The translations under genes and the position numbers were made by a program. Source: the human T2T-CHM13v2.0 reference genome, Homo sapiens. Taken from it: a stretch of 64,000 nt of DNA. Position 1 is the stretch's first letter. The number at the start of each line of letters is the position of its first letter. The notes under the pieces were generated by a model, which ran no database searches, was not told the origin of the DNA, and saw only the letters and a program-made list of their open reading frames with translations. The DNA is taken from assembly GCF_009914755.1 (NCBI RefSeq), contig NC_060929.1; one strand, written 5' to 3'. Shown piece after piece: positions 1-16,437 of the stretch.

Positions 1-70
1 TTGGGACAAGACACTGAGCCTCTCTGGGTCTCCAGTTCATCATTGGTAAAATGGGCACAATAATGATCCT
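1..70 (+). mobile_element. MIR core fragment
   Basis: Resembles the MIR core (ggcaagtcact..cctctctgggcctcagtttcctcatctgtaaaatggg). Confidence 0.6.
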
Positions 71-2083
71 GGTTTTTCGCCATTTGCCCTTGCTATTCTC
101 TATCCTGCTCTGTGTCCCAGGAGGCTGACTCTCAGTCCTCAGCCCCGGGGATCCCTAGGAATGGAACACACAGACCCTGGGCAAGAGATCCAAGGGCAGT
201 AGGAAAGGGGGTGAGAACATTCATCTTCCACTCCCTTCCTCCTTACAGGATTTTGGCAGTGTCTGTCTTCCTTTACCCATGGCCACAGCACCGAAAAAGT
301 AGCCTCTCTGCCATGGCTAAAGATATCATCAGGTTCTGGTGACTCCGCCCTCTCCCTTTGCTCTTTTGGGCCTGGGATGCTAACAGTTTCCTGTTCTTGC
401 TGGTTCCAGATGCATTCGTATTCCTTGAAGATTCCCTTACTACTGTGTACACTTCTGAAAGCAGTCCCTTATTAAAATCCCTCCAGTTAATTCTTTGTTG
501 TGCTGTCTGCCTTCTTCCAAATCCGAACCAAAGCAGCATAAATACACTGCCAGACACTAAGGGAATGAATACATGCACAGCAATTAGAACATTGCCTGAC
601 ACATTGTAACTTCTCAACTCATGTTAAGCATTATCTACATAAGTCAATGAGGAAAAAATGTACAAGACAGCATATGTCAGCTTATGTGAAAATACATTGT
701 TCAGAATTGACATACCTTCTGTCTAGTAGAAAAAGCCCTACATTTGGGCTTGGCAAAAACAGGCATTATATGCAGTCTTTTGTGCATCGTTTTGAGCAAG
801 TTAAAAAATTTCACTGAGACACATATGGTTGCTGTGAGAATGACAGATGATGTATATGACAATGGTAGACACAATGTCCATTTAACAGCAGGCATTCATA
901 TATGTTAATCAAATGAGCAGGGCAGGGGGGTGCTTGGCCAGCTGCAGGGTATCCAAATCCAACCATGCTTAGCAGGGGTCCCCTACTTGGTTTAAGGCTT
1001 TGCAGGCACTGTCTCTAAATTCCTAATAATTTTTGAGGAAAGGGGTTTTGCATTTTAATTTTGTATTGGACTCCACAATGATGTAGCTAGTCTGGGAAGA
1101 AGGGTTCGCTTTATTTTTCAATTCAGTGATGTTACTCTGTAATTGACTATTTATTTTTGCATCAAACATGGATTCATCACCATCTATCTGAAAGAAAATG
1201 AGACTCTTAAAAGATGGCATCTGTGTTAAGACTGTATTAATTAATGAATAAATATCTGCCAAGAAGCTGGTATGTGTTAGGAACTGTGCCAATACTTCTT
1301 TGAACCTAAAATGTCCTGCTTTGCAGTTCCAGGCTGAGCTGATCCACATGTGACAGGATTGGAATTGACCTCGCTGTGAACCTTTCAGTCAGATCTGTGG
1401 TATCTGAGTCTTGAGAAAAAAAAAGAAAAGAAAAAAGTTTCTTATTTCATCACAGCACTGTGACTCAGATTTGGACAGTGAATCATATAAACTCAATTAG
1501 AAGAACAGGCAGTTAAATCCTCCAATTAGAGGATTTTAAAATCTGGGAACACCATAACAAACTTGGAATGACTTAGGGGATGATGCACCACTATTCCAGG
1601 ATCCCAAGTCTACATAATTAAAATGCACAGAAGCAGCCAAAATGATTACCTCCTCAGGGTAGTAATTGACACCCAGTAGGTGTGCTCTGACCTTGACGGA
1701 GGATGGAGTAAAAACAGAACAAACAAATTTGAACCTTTAAGGAAATAATGACTCTGCCAGCAGCAGGGAAGACAGAACCACTTCCAACGCATCCTGTTGG
1801 TAGCCTAATAATGTGTGCACCCCGTAGAAATTTATCTAGGTCATTCAACAAGAAGGGATACATCCCGAATGAACAGGCAGCAAGGGCATCAATCCACACA
1901 TGCTTATTTCTCAAGTGAGGCAGGAAGGGCTCTTTCCTTCTGAGGGTCTTAAATGTTTAGCTGGAATCTAAAGGGGGTAAATGGAGCAGAATCTAGGAGC
2001 ATAGCTTCTGTGGCAGGGGACAGGCTTTCCTTTGCTAAAGTGAACCACTAAGTGAGAGCATTTCTCTCTTGCTTACATATTCT

Positions 2084-2116
2084 CACACACACACAAACAC
2101 ACACACACACACACAC
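2084..2116. repeat. (CA)n microsatellite
   Basis: Direct reading; one interruption. Confidence 0.9.
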
Positions 2117-3379
2117 CCCCAAACCCAATACATCCACCTTTACAACACTAGTTAATACCATCTCTAAGATCATAGTAAAGATATAGACTCTATAGAGAAT
2201 TAGGGCAGATATGGAGGGCAGGGAGGGGAGAGTTGACAGAGAAGGTAGCTCTTGATTTATATAAATAGTTCTAAAGTACAGAGGCTGGTATTTGTCTTTA
2301 TTATTTATAAGTTTGCCAGGTTATTTTCCCATTGGGCTGTGGACTACTCAAGGTCAATGCTTAGTACAGAATTGGTCTCAGTATGGGTTTAGGCTGGAAG
2401 AAAGAATGAAGGAAATGCAGTGACTTTTCAAAGTCCTATAAGCAGGGCTGAAACTAGTCTATAACATCTTTTCCCCTTCAGATTGCCTTTGATGTTCTAA
2501 TGCAACTGAATACAAATGTTGAAGGAGAGGAAATGGATGCAGAGTGTGATATGTTCTGTGCTCCAAACCCCCTAGGTAGCCAGAGGATGTGTCTAAGCAA
2601 GCTCATGCTATTGCTTACCTTAAACAGCTATAGGGAGCAAATACTGTGAGGAAAAAGAACCCTGACCCAGATACAAATCACGGAGCATTAGTCTTGGGAA
2701 ACCCCAGAGACAGACAGGGTGGGGAGCTCTCATGGACCAAAGATCAATGGTGAGTCAAAGAGGCAGCCTCATCAACATGGCAATGGCCAACAGATGTTTA
2801 TTGCCAGGACTATCAGACTCTGGTTGTGGGTTTCTGTGATGTACAGTGGGAGATGGGTGTGACTACTGCTTTGTATGTTAATGAACCATCTGATAATAGA
2901 GAGTGCAGTAAATATTTGTTGAGTGAGTGTCATTGAGTGGGCAGGTCTACAAGGATCTACATGTTTATTATTAAAAATAATAATTTGGCACTATAAGTCA
3001 ATGCTTGTCATAAAGACTGGAGTACCGCGCCCTGGGTCAGAGGCCACAGATTCGAAGTCTACTTTGCCAGAGGGAAACAGTCCTTGTCCTTGTCACCTGA
3101 GTATTCTTTATTCACTTCATCCTTATAACTTCTTATCCCTTGTAAGAGAGAAGGTAGCATCACAAAGTCACAGTTCATTTTACCCAAAAAGCATAGAGAA
3201 GGAAGAAGGACCTGCCATTATCTCCACATCTCTTCCTCATCCTGTCTATCCTGCCAACTCTCATCCCTATGAACTCCATCTTCTCCAGCATCTCAACGTC
3301 TACCCTCTCTTGTATGTCCTCTTGTTTTTCTATTCCTATCTCCTCTCTATCTGACAATGTTCTATCATACTCAATGTAA

Positions 3380-3742
<363 letters not shown>

Positions 3743-4116
3743 AAGTCTGATATTATTTTATCAATGCTAATACTTCAATATATTTTCGGGGGGGGGCAGC
3801 AACCCTCCTTTTCTGACATCCTGGGATGCATTTACTGATCTTTCATATTATTTCCAAACTCTGGTATTATAGTTCCTGTCATCAAGCAGTTTCTCTGAAA
3901 CCAACTTATTTTGCTCCTAACTATAAGCTGTTGTTATATTAAAACCTTAAAACAGCTGGTGACAGAAACAATAAGCACTATGAAAGTTTAAAAGAAGGAA
4001 AAATTGTTACAACTAGGAAGCTTGTAGAACACTTCACATAGATGGGCAAAGTGGAGTTGACCTTTAAAAACGTGTAGGAGTCTAGCAGGCCAAGAAGGGT
4101 AAGAAAAGTATTTTAG

Positions 4117-4413
4117 GGCCGGGCATGGTGGCTCATGCCTGTAATCCCAGCACTTTGGGAGGGAAGCCGAGGCAGGCAGATACCTTGAGGCCAGGAGTTC
4201 GAGACCAGCTCGGCCAACATGATGTAACCCTGTCCCTACTAAAAATACAAAAATTAGACGGGTGTGGTGACGAGTGCCTGTAATCCCAGCTGCTCGGGAG
4301 GGTGAGGCACAAGAATCACTTGAACCCAAGAGGCAGAGGTTGCAGTGAGCCAAGATCACGTCACCGCCCTCCAGCCTGGGTGAGGAGAGTGACTCTGTCT
4401 AAAAAAAAAAAGA
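4117..4413 (+). mobile_element. Alu (AluS)
   Basis: ggccgggcatggtggctca start, A tail, TSD aagaaaagt(a/g)ttttag. Confidence 0.95.
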
Positions 4414-4694
4414 AAGAAAAGTGTTTTAGGCAGAGGAAATGATGTGAAACAAGGAAAGAGCCAGAAACCTATAAGGTGTGCAGAGGTAGAAATTCGGCTG
4501 GTATAAAGGAAGCTCCACACAGAATAGCAGAATATGAAGGTGAGAACAATGCATGACAGCCACATGGGGGTTGGTCTTGAATACCAAGCCAAGGCTTTGA
4601 ACTTTATCTTTGAAATCAAGGTGATTTCAAATACAAGTAACTGAAAACTTTTCAAACCACCATAAACCAAAGGGAGTAACTTAAAAGGTTATGG

Positions 4695-4851
4695 TCAAAT
4701 GTGTTGACCCATGCCTGTCGTCCCAGCTCTCCAGGAAGCTGAGTGTGGAGGATTGCTTGAGGCCAGGAGTTTGAGAAGGTAGTGCACTATGATTGCGCCT
4801 TTGAACAGCCACTGTACTCCAGTCTGAACAACACAGTGAGACCCCATATCT
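4695..4851 (+). mobile_element. FAM (fossil Alu monomer, 7SL-derived)
   Basis: Diagnostic ctatgattgcgcctttgaacagccactgtactccag segment; single monomer. Confidence 0.75.
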
Positions 4852-5359
<508 letters not shown>

Positions 5360-5925
5360 CTAGGGATGCAAGCTTCCTAGTCTTAATCCCTCAATTCCAC
5401 CCATCCCTCCACCACATACTTTCTCACTTTGGCTTCTGTGCATATTTGCTTCATCCTTTCTTCTCTGCACAATAGATTTCTCTGTTGCCCATGAATATGG
5501 TGTAAGACAATCCACTCCACAACTCCCAAGTTCCTATATCCTCAGTTCAAATGATCTGCAGAGGCTACTGGCTTCTTTGGCTTCCAATTCCAAATTTCCA
5601 GGAGAGAGAATTTGATTGTCTCTTCCTAGTGCAACAACAGAAGTGATGTTATATGAAATAAACATGGCTTCTGGGCCCATCTCCAGGACAGAGCAGCTCT
5701 CAGAGATAGAATGTGGAACTGCAGGCTGGGCGGATGCACTCAAGGGTGTCTCCAATAGTTTTAGGCCCAGATGAATATTTTGGAGGTGGGGGAGGAAATA
5801 ATGAAAGTGATCTTAGGAAGCTTCAACAGGGAGCAAAATGGGTTAGAAGGGAAAAGATCATGGAGGTGGAAGACCAAAGAGGCGCTGTCGGAATCTAAGC
5901 ATTGAAAGCTTGAAATATGTGGCTA

Positions 5926-6291
<366 letters not shown>

Positions 6292-6979
6292 TCAAAAAAA
6301 AACTTCATATTTAGTCATGAAAGGGACATTTCTTATTTCATAGCTTGGAGCCAACCCTGAGCTGTTTGATTATAAATATACATATATATATATAATCATA
6401 TATAGGCTACGTATATGTTGATGGTGGATTTCTCTTTATTCAGTGGTTACCCAACTTCCTGCTTTGAAGTTAGGACCTGGGATGGCCTACATTAGTAAGG
6501 GGAAGCCTATAAAATGAGGTGGGTCCCATGCTATCCTACTCTAGCTAATATACAAGGCATTATAAATTCTCATTCCCTGAAGCTGGTCAAAATTTGTTTC
6601 TTCATCTGTTGCTAGTTAACTGGATTGGTTAGCTGAGGTCACAGTCGCTGGGCTAAGCCCATGCCTAGGACACTCAGCTCCACTGTGGTTCTTGACCACA
6701 ACCATATCCTCATGAGGCTCCGTATCAGGTCCAGCTATGGGTGGATTAGGAGAGGAGAAAGCAAGGCTCTACCTTGGTGTTTAGAAAAAACATTGTAAAT
6801 GGTACCCCTCCTCCAACATTTTCAGCTTTCTCCTGCTACCCCTTGTGTTTATGATAATGGTACTTGGGATTATTCTCCCTGGTATTCTGATCTTTAGTGT
6901 TAGATATTGTAGCTATATCTCCTAGCCTCAGAACTTGCTTTCATTTATAATAGAATAATACGGCTACAATATCTTTTTT

Positions 6980-7950
6980 GTGTTTTTAACAACCCTGTTA
7001 GAATTAAACAGAAAACTCCACTCAAGTGACCTAAAACAAACAAAAAAGTCGTAAGGCCTCATATACAATATGAAGAAGTCCCAAGGTAGGGATACGAATC
7101 AGTTTGCTAGGGCTGTGATTACAAAACACCATAGACAGGGTGGCTCAAACAGTGGAAGTTAATTTTTTCACAGTTCTGGAGGCTAGAAGTCTGAGATCAC
7201 GGTGTTGGCAGGTTATTTCCTCCTAAGGCCTGTCCCCTTGGCTTGTGGAAGCCACCTTCTCTGGCCATGTGCATCCCTGGTGTCTCTCTCCATGTGTCCT
7301 AAGCTCCTCTTCTTATTAGGAGACAAGTCAGATCAGATTAGGGCTCACCCAGATGACTTCATCTGACCTTAATTACCTCTGTAGAGGCCCTATCTGCAAA
7401 TACAGTCATGTTTTAAGGTATTGGGGATTAGGACTTCAACATATGAATGGGGATGGGGGGGCACTGTTCCGTGTATGACAGGAAATTCTGTGGTTGGTTA
7501 ATTTAGTGATTCAGTTAAATCCTCAGGCCCCAGGTGTTGCCATCTCTGCCCAGCTACCCTTACTTAACATATGGGTTTTATCCTCAGGCTAGCACCCTCA
7601 TGTTTTAAAATGACTGCTGCAGTTCCAGGTACCACATCCAGACATGAGAAGGCCCAGGAGAATAAGAAACCATCTTTTTCTGTGTATCTCTCTTTACAAG
7701 CCTTTCAAAAGATTCCAGAATGCACTTCTCTTGTCTCCCTGAGCAGATCTGTTAATGTGCCCATGCCCAAACTAATCACCAGCAAGAGAAAAAGACAGCA
7801 TGATTGGCTTAGGCTAATCACAATTTATCCCCTGGGTCTGGGCCAACCTCCCTAAGAGCACAGGGTTGCTTTAAGGAAGACGGGGTAGGGGCATGGTCCT
7901 GCACAAAATCAGGGTCCTATGATGAAAAAGGAAAGGGAGAAATGGAAAAC
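6980..7950 (-). mobile_element. Old MLT1 (J/K-like) LTR interrupted by a younger MLT1
   Basis: aacagaaaactccactcaagtg.. before and ..aaaatgactgctgcagttccaggt..cacatccagaca after the inner element; boundaries approximate. Confidence 0.5.
7095..7480 (-). mobile_element. MLT1A/B-type MaLR solo LTR
   Basis: cacagttctggaggctagaagtctgagatc..ggattaggacttcaacatatgaat hallmarks. Confidence 0.85.
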
Positions 7951-8602
7951 AATAATGTCTTCTGCAAACATTCGCCATCTTGCTTCCCTTATAATTGTTA
8001 TTCTAGGATCTGCTGGTAAAACCAATCTTTGCACCTGCAATCAAGAGCCCTGTTAATAAATATCAGCTTGCCTGGGCTGAGCCACTGAGAGTGGCAGTCT
8101 TCTCCAGCTTACGTCTTCTCTTCCCACCCCCATGGCCCCACCCCAAGTTTAGTTGCCTCTTTTGAACACAGCCAGCATCTTTTACTCAACTAGCAACCAG
8201 ATCTCAGTTGCTATGCAGAAGATGTAACTACCCTTTCCCTCCCTAGCCATTTTGCAAATATGTATCATTGAGAATAAGAGGAATTGGATAAAAGAACATG
8301 GATCATTCAGTGCACACTCATCACCAAAATGAAGAAAATAACTTGAAAGCTATATCATACAAATGGTGGGTTACTAACTGGGATAGTCTTTATGTGTGTC
8401 AGTTCACAAGGGCATGTATCAATATTATTCAGAAGCTGTTTCTAAACTGAAGATAACTTTTTTAAATTTAGAAAAGCTTTCTAATTTCTCATTGGTTTCA
8501 TTATTGTACTGCTTGCATCAAAAAAGGAGAATCAGATTATTGTGCTCTGTTTTCTCCCCTAGATCATCCAAGAAGAATTTAAAAATTTAATATGTGCAGT
8601 AA

Positions 8603-8947
<345 letters not shown>

Positions 8948-9685
8948 TGAGTGTCTTATTCTTTAACAGTTTATTTATTTGAGTTAGAAATGGCTTTGCT
9001 TCCAAGATATAAAGGTTATTTTGTTTTGCTTTTTGATGAGCAATGTGTGAATAAATAAGACAGAGAGAAAGGTTTTTTTTCTCCAACAATTTCTATTTAA
9101 TATTACTAATTCTTAAACAATATGTGCTTGGTGTGTCCCTGATCACTTATTTAATATCGCATTTCCTACCCCAGCTCTCTTTCAGTGAATGAATGCTACA
9201 CTAGATGTGATTCACAACTGTAGCCTCCTGCTTTGGGCATTTGCCTCTGATAAGCATGGGCAGAGGGATGAAAGGGGCCTTTTTCTGGAATGAATTGGGT
9301 CGGGATCACAAGAAGCACTGATCATGCTCTCCTGGCTGGTGAGCCACGTGGCAAGAGAGGAGACGATAAGGGATCTGGGAACCCAGTCATGGTATTAAGC
9401 AACCAGGGAGGTTAGCCTTGAGAAAAGAAGAAATGGAAACCCTTACAACTATCATTAGCTGTTTTTAATGAAGAAAAAATAAAGCAATAACGTAACAATA
9501 ATAGTAGGTAATTTTACTGAGCACTTACTAAGATGAAGTCTCCAAAAAGCTAAATTATGCCTAATCATGAAAAACAAATATAGCCATCTGAGACCCAAAT
9601 GGGCTTCCTGGTAAATTACATTGCCCTCTGGCCCTGGAGCATTCAAATGCAAGCCAGCTGCTAATCTGTCAATAATGCCCCAGAA

Positions 9686-9772
9686 GGAGGTTGTATTGAG
9701 CCGAGATTGCACTATTGCACTCCAGCCTGGGCGACAGAGCGAGACTCCATCTCAAAAAAAAAAAAAAAAAAA
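9686..9772 (+). mobile_element. 5'-truncated Alu (3' end only)
   Basis: gagccgagattgcac..cctgggcgacagagcgagactccatctc plus A19. Confidence 0.9.
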
Positions 9773-9780
9773 GGCTCTAG

Positions 9781-10133
<353 letters not shown>

Positions 10134-10333
10134 CAAGACTGCTCTCTTGAAGTGGGATTTGTGCTAAATGATTTCTAACATTCCTTCTTCATGCTGAATC
10201 TATGATTCTTTAAAAGTCAGGAATGCTATTTGATTCATGGCGTTTTCTTAGGTAACATTTAATCCAATCTCCCTCACAATATGGAAACACACTCTGCAGC
10301 ATCTCTGGTGCTCTGCCTCCTTGATTCATAGCA

Positions 10334-10694
10334 CAGTAGGTGCTCCATATCCGTGGGTTCCACATCTGTGGGTTCCACATCCATAGATTCAACCAACCGC
10401 GGATAGGTAGTATTTGAAAAAACAAAACAAAAATAGATTGTTTCACCTGTACTAAACATGTACAGACTTTTGTCATTATTCCCTAAGCAATGCAGTGTAA
10501 CAACTATTTACATGGCATTTGCATTGCATTGGGTATTATAAGTCATCTAGGGATGATGTAAAGGATAAGGAAGAATGTGTGTAGGGTATGAGCAAATACC
10601 ACACCATTTTACATCAGGGACTTGAGCATCCATGGATTTTGATATCCAAGGGGAGTCCTGGAACCACTCCTCCATGGATACGGAGAGACAACTG
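10334..10694 (+). mobile_element. MER2 (TcMar-Tigger MITE)
   Basis: Imperfect TIRs cagtaggtgctccatatccgtgg / ccatggatacggagagacaactg followed by TA; internal duplication of gtgggttccacatc. Confidence 0.85.
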
Positions 10695-10715
10695 TACTAA
10701 AAATATGCCTCTTCT

Positions 10716-11500
10716 CTCATTCATTCATTCACTCTCCATAAATGCAATGAACTTCTACTATGTGCTAGGTTCTGTGCTAGACATGGCAGACATAAAAATG
10801 AATAAAGACACAAGCTTATCCTTAGGTTGCTCAAGGTCCATTATAGGAAGTAGACAAATAAATCAAGTAAATATATAAATCACACTGCTTTAAATAAGTA
10901 AAGCAATAGAAGCATGCACCTGGCAGAAGCATGAATCCTCTATCTGTGGGTTCAATGAAAACTTTCTGAAGAAGATGAGAGCTAAACTGAGGTTCAAAAG
11001 ACAAATCCAAATATTCCAGGTAGACAGGGGAATAAGGTATTCTAGCCAGAGGGAACAGAATGATCAAGGAATCAGGGATGAAACAAACACTGAGGTGGAG
11101 TAGAATCTTTTTTTTTTGTTGTTTGTTTTTTGAGACAGAGTTTCTCTCTGTCTCCCAAGCTGAAATGCAGGGGCGCAGTTTTGGCTCACTGCAGCCTCTG
11201 CCTTCTGGGCTCACTGGATCCTCCCACCTCAGCCTCCAGAGTAGCTAGGACTACATGTGCCACCAAGCTTGACTCATTTTTTAATTTTTTGTAGGGACAG
11301 CGAGGTTTCATTATACTGCCCAGGCTGGTCTAGAACTTCTGGGCTCAAGCCATCCACCTGCCTCAGCCTCCCAAAGTGCTGAGATTACAGATTTGAGCCA
11401 CCATGCCTGTGAGTAGAATCTTAATAGTCCACTTTGCCATTGCGAGAGATTTGGAGCTCATCTTGCAGAGAATGAGCAGCCATGGCCAGACCTGCATTTT
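10716..11500 (-). mobile_element. L2 3' fragment (interrupted by Alu)
   Basis: tcattcattcattca..ctactatgtgctagg..tgtgctagac typical of the L2 3' end. Confidence 0.7.
11110..11410 (-). mobile_element. Alu (AluJ)
   Basis: TSD gagtagaatctt at 11098-11109 and 11411-11422. Confidence 0.95.
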
Positions 11501-12708
11501 TGGAACTAATGCCCACTGAGCCCACTTCACTTTGCCCAAATCTCCCAGGCTGGCTCCCTTTCCTGCCCCCTTCTAGTCTTCCCATGCCCAGCATTGACAG
11601 TCAGATGGCTCAATTCTTTCCCCTAGACATACCGACCTTTCACCACTAGTCCAGGCATCACACCTTGACAAACTTTCTTTCATGATAAACCTTGTTACTC
11701 CACTAGACACTGACAAGATTAAACTTCAAGCACAATCTCCATAACTTTCCTATAGGTTTTCCTGAGTTTTATGGACCGGCCTCCAATCTGTTATTTCATT
11801 GAAGAAATAACTGCTACTTTATCTCAGAAGATGTGCTCTGCTGCTAGGTGATATGTTCTATAGTTTTTCAGCTAGTTAGAAAAGAAATTTGCCAAGTTCA
11901 TGATCAGTGTGGTTGCGTGACTGATAATTATAAAACCAAATTGAAGGGGTAATAGAAAAATGTTCCAGAAGAGACTCTTACCATGGCCCCAAACAGCTGG
12001 GTCAGGATGACTTCATGGGCTATTTAACTTCTAATTTCTAGATTACAGGATAATTTCAATAAAGGCTCTGCTGGCCAATTACTGAGTCAGCCACACACTT
12101 GAGTTACTGCCATTTCAACTTTTACAACGGAATGGAGAGGTGAGTCACATTTTATTAGACAGCAACTGTGTCTGATAGAGCTTCAATGTACCCCACCATA
12201 AAAAAGTCAAGCACAAAGAAAAAATATCCCAAGGAAGCCACAGTAGAGGGAAATAGTAGCGAGAATATCCCCTTTATCTCCAAGCAGTGTTACATCCCCC
12301 AAAAAATTCTCAGCCTATATATGAATGTTTTAGAAGGCAAAAATTATTTCAAAATGTGAAACATATTGTCAGCCTAATTTACTGGAATATGCAGTAAGGC
12401 ATTTTCTTTCTCTTCTTCAAATTGGCAGATTCTGTTACTTAAACCTTGTGTTAGATCTCTCAGTTGTGAACGAATGCATAAAAATAGCATTCCAGTCTAT
12501 AGTTGGGTCTAAGCCAATTAATGGGAATGAGGAAATGACTCACTGGAGAGTCTGAGATACTCTGTCTTTTAGGATTTATATTATCCTTTCCCCAGCACAC
12601 TCATTTAAGAATGGACTTGAGCAAGATCTCAAAAAGCAAAGGCTGTCCCCCTCACATGGATATATATGTTCTAGAGAGTCTCCCAGAGTGAAACAAGTTC
12701 CGTGATTA

Positions 12709-13023
<315 letters not shown>

Positions 13024-13196
13024 GCAGAGTGAGTTCTTCACCATGCACGCCACATCTTAACAACCATTCACTGTGGCAGAATTCTTTTTCAATGCCCCTT
13101 CACATTCTTTTCATTCCACAAGCGAGAGAGACATTAGGGGTGATAGTTTGAGGTTAACACCTCCCTTTAAACATCTTCTGGGTTCTGATTAGCAAA

Positions 13197-13600
13197 TGAT
13201 ATGGTTTGGATCTGTGTCCCACCCAAATCTCATGTCGAATTCTATTCCCTAATGTTGGAGGTGGGGCCCGGTGGGAGATGATTGGATCGTGAGGGTGGAT
13301 ATCTCCCTTTGGTGCTGTTCTTGTGATGGTGAGTGAGTGTATTATTGTGAGGTCTGGTTGTTTAAAAGTGTGTGACACCTCTCCCTCTCTCCCTCATCCT
13401 CTTGCTCCTGCCATGTAAGACACCTGCTCCCGCTGTGCCTTCCACCATGAGTCAAAGCTCCCTGAGGCCTATGCAGAAGAGATGCTGCCAAACTTCCTGT
13501 ACAGGCTGCAGAGCAATGAGCCAATTAAACCTCTTTTCTTTACAAATTACCCAGTCTTGGGTATTTCTTTATAGCAGTGCAAAAAATACAGACTAACACA
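13197..13600 (+). mobile_element. MSTA-type MaLR solo LTR
   Basis: tgatatggtttggatctgtgtccc..aaattacccagtc..gactaacaca; TG..CA ends. Confidence 0.9.
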
Positions 13601-15022
13601 GTGAGTTTAGGGCTACCAATTTCCTTTTTGACAAGCAGGGTGAATGCCAGCTGAAAACATCTGTAAATGGCAGAAGCAGAGAGAGAAAGAGGTGACACTA
13701 GTGATGAGGGGCTTCTTAATGTTCAACAAAGCAACACTGAAAATTCAGAACAACATAGCTTGAACCTACATATCCCTGGTGTGTTCTATACAGAGCACAA
13801 AGCTGTTCTTTGAGCTGGGTTTTGCAAGAAAGAGCTAGGGATCCTATTCAAGGGAGGCAGTCATTTAGGATAAGCTGAAACTATATAGTGGGCAGTTTCC
13901 TTTTTAAGCATGAGAAGAAAAGGCTTCCTTCATTTTAATCATGCAGCAAACCTCAGTGAAATGTGACAGGCATGGAGAGAAATTAGACCATTGAGAGAAA
14001 AATGGAAATAAACATGGTTTGGTTGGGGGGAGGTGAAAAAAACAAGGGAGAAAAAGCTAAGCAAAAAATCAAAACATAAAAGGAAATGTGTTGGAGTTGT
14101 TACAAAGGAAACCAAAAAGAGATGTGTACATAAGCTCTTAAGGCAAAGAAAAGTATGTAGGCAAGGGGTTGGAAAAAGAAAACAGTGGTGTGTAGACGAG
14201 AAAAGGAAAGAAGACACAAGATGAAAGCAAGAAAACAATATATACTATGGTTAATGGTAAATGGTTCATTTATATTTAATACATTTTTAAAAGGATAAGC
14301 CATCGTACCATGGGAATTCTAACACTGCCCACTGTAAAGGTTATATAATCCATTGCACTTTTGTGTAGGAAAATAAACCACAGACCCAAGCCACTAGTCC
14401 CTGAAAATGACTGCCAGCATGTCAGTGGGTAATGGTTCTTCCGGACATTAGAATGTATTCTTGGAGCATCATCTACAACCCACAGGGGAGATCTGTCTTT
14501 AAAGATGTTGTACATCACACATCCATTTAATAGGAAGCCTCTGTGCGATGGAAAATAATTTCTCAGAATTTTGATTCTTCTCTATATGTATAACCTCTAT
14601 GCCACATAATAAAATCTTTGCTGATTTTTAAAAAAATGTGAAGGCTTCTATGATTGACTGAGCCTCTAAATTCCAGCTGTGCTTCTAGTAGGTTTATTTG
14701 TGTTTCCCTCTTACTGATTTTTTCCAGGAGCCCAGGTGCGGGCCTGTTTTATGGAGGAGGATTATTTATGGATTCCCTAAAGAGAAGTCTGATACACAAA
14801 TAGATGTGGGGATTATGAGGCTCAGTGTTTGTAAACATCAAAAAGATTTAAGCTGAAATTTTAATTTACGGAAGAAGCTGGAGTGTGAGGAATTTACTTT
14901 TGAATGAGCTGACATGACATATGCTTCTCTATGTGACAAAAAAGAAAAATCTTAAGGGTAGCTGGAAGAGGAGAGGGATAGGGAACCCAAACAAGCCAAT
15001 AATTCCTACTGATTGAGTAAGG

Positions 15023-15025
<3 letters not shown>

Positions 15026-15064
<39 letters not shown>
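15026..15064 (+). repeat. Poly(A) tract (39 A)
   Basis: Direct reading. Confidence 0.95.
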
Positions 15065-15067
<3 letters not shown>

Positions 15068-16072
15068 TTGTTTTTTATTTTCAAATTACAGGACTTGGTT
15101 TTAGTGCAATTTTTATAAACCCTGATTCAGCACTATGCGATCACGCTGTTACATATAACCATAAGGTGGAATTAGAGGCTAATAGAACCTCTGGGCAACC
15201 TCTTTCTTGGTCGTAATCCCTTTAGGATAATTTTCGCCCCACAGCGGTTGACTAGACTACAAATTATAAAAAACTACATCCATTTGCACCCCATTTTATT
15301 GACCACTTGGGGTTCTAGAAACTCCCATGACAGTCAGGAAATTGCCTCTTCTAGGTTTCAATTGCAACCTCTCATCCACCCACAAAACCAAGTGCCCATA
15401 AGATTCTAAGAACGCTGCCCAAACTCATAAACGCTGCTGACAGGGATGGAGATTGGTTCAAGATTTCTGTGAGGCCACTGGACAAGTATCTCTCACTACA
15501 TTCCTATCTTTTACTCAGAAAATTCACTTCTAGAAAATTATTCTAAAGCAATAGTTACGGATAATTTTGAAGGTAGCTCCACATCTGTTCGTCACAGCAC
15601 CATTTAAAATAGCAAGAAATGATAATCAGTCTAAATATCAAACCATACGAGTTAGTTCGGTAAGCTATAAACTTTATTAAAATTATCTGACAGACTGTAC
15701 GTGATGTAATAGAACATGTAATGACATGGGACCACGTTCTCAAAATCCTAAATGAAAGAAGCAGCAACTTTGTGATACCATATAGAGTGAAATAGATCAT
15801 AATCTTGTTTTGTTTTTCTCTAAGGTATAGTCATATGCTGCATAATGATGTTTCTGCCAACTATGGACCTCATATATGATGATAGTCCCGTAAGATTAAA
15901 CTGGGGCTGCAAATTCCTATCACCTAGTGGCGTTGCAATCATGATAATGTCCTAGCACAAAGCATTACTCATGTGTTTGTGGCAATGCTGGTACGAACAA
16001 ACCCACTGTGCTGCCAGTTCTATAAAAGTCTAACACATACAATTGTGTACAGCACATAATACTTGATGATAA

Positions 16073-16410
<338 letters not shown>

Positions 16411-16437
16411 TATTCTACACTTTTAATCATTATTTTA

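Noticed and set aside
1023-1349. 108-aa - strand ORF in unique sequence
   Set aside because: No recognisable homology, no poly(A) or TSD indicating a processed pseudogene, and no clear exon structure.
1515-1536. 8-bp hairpin aaatcctc/gaggattt
   Set aside because: Too short; expected by chance in 64 kb.
4695-4851. 7SL RNA gene
   Set aside because: Lacks the 7SL S domain and is diverged; a FAM monomer.
10838-10847. Perfect CArG box CCATTATAGG
   Set aside because: Isolated motif inside an L2 fragment with no supporting cluster.
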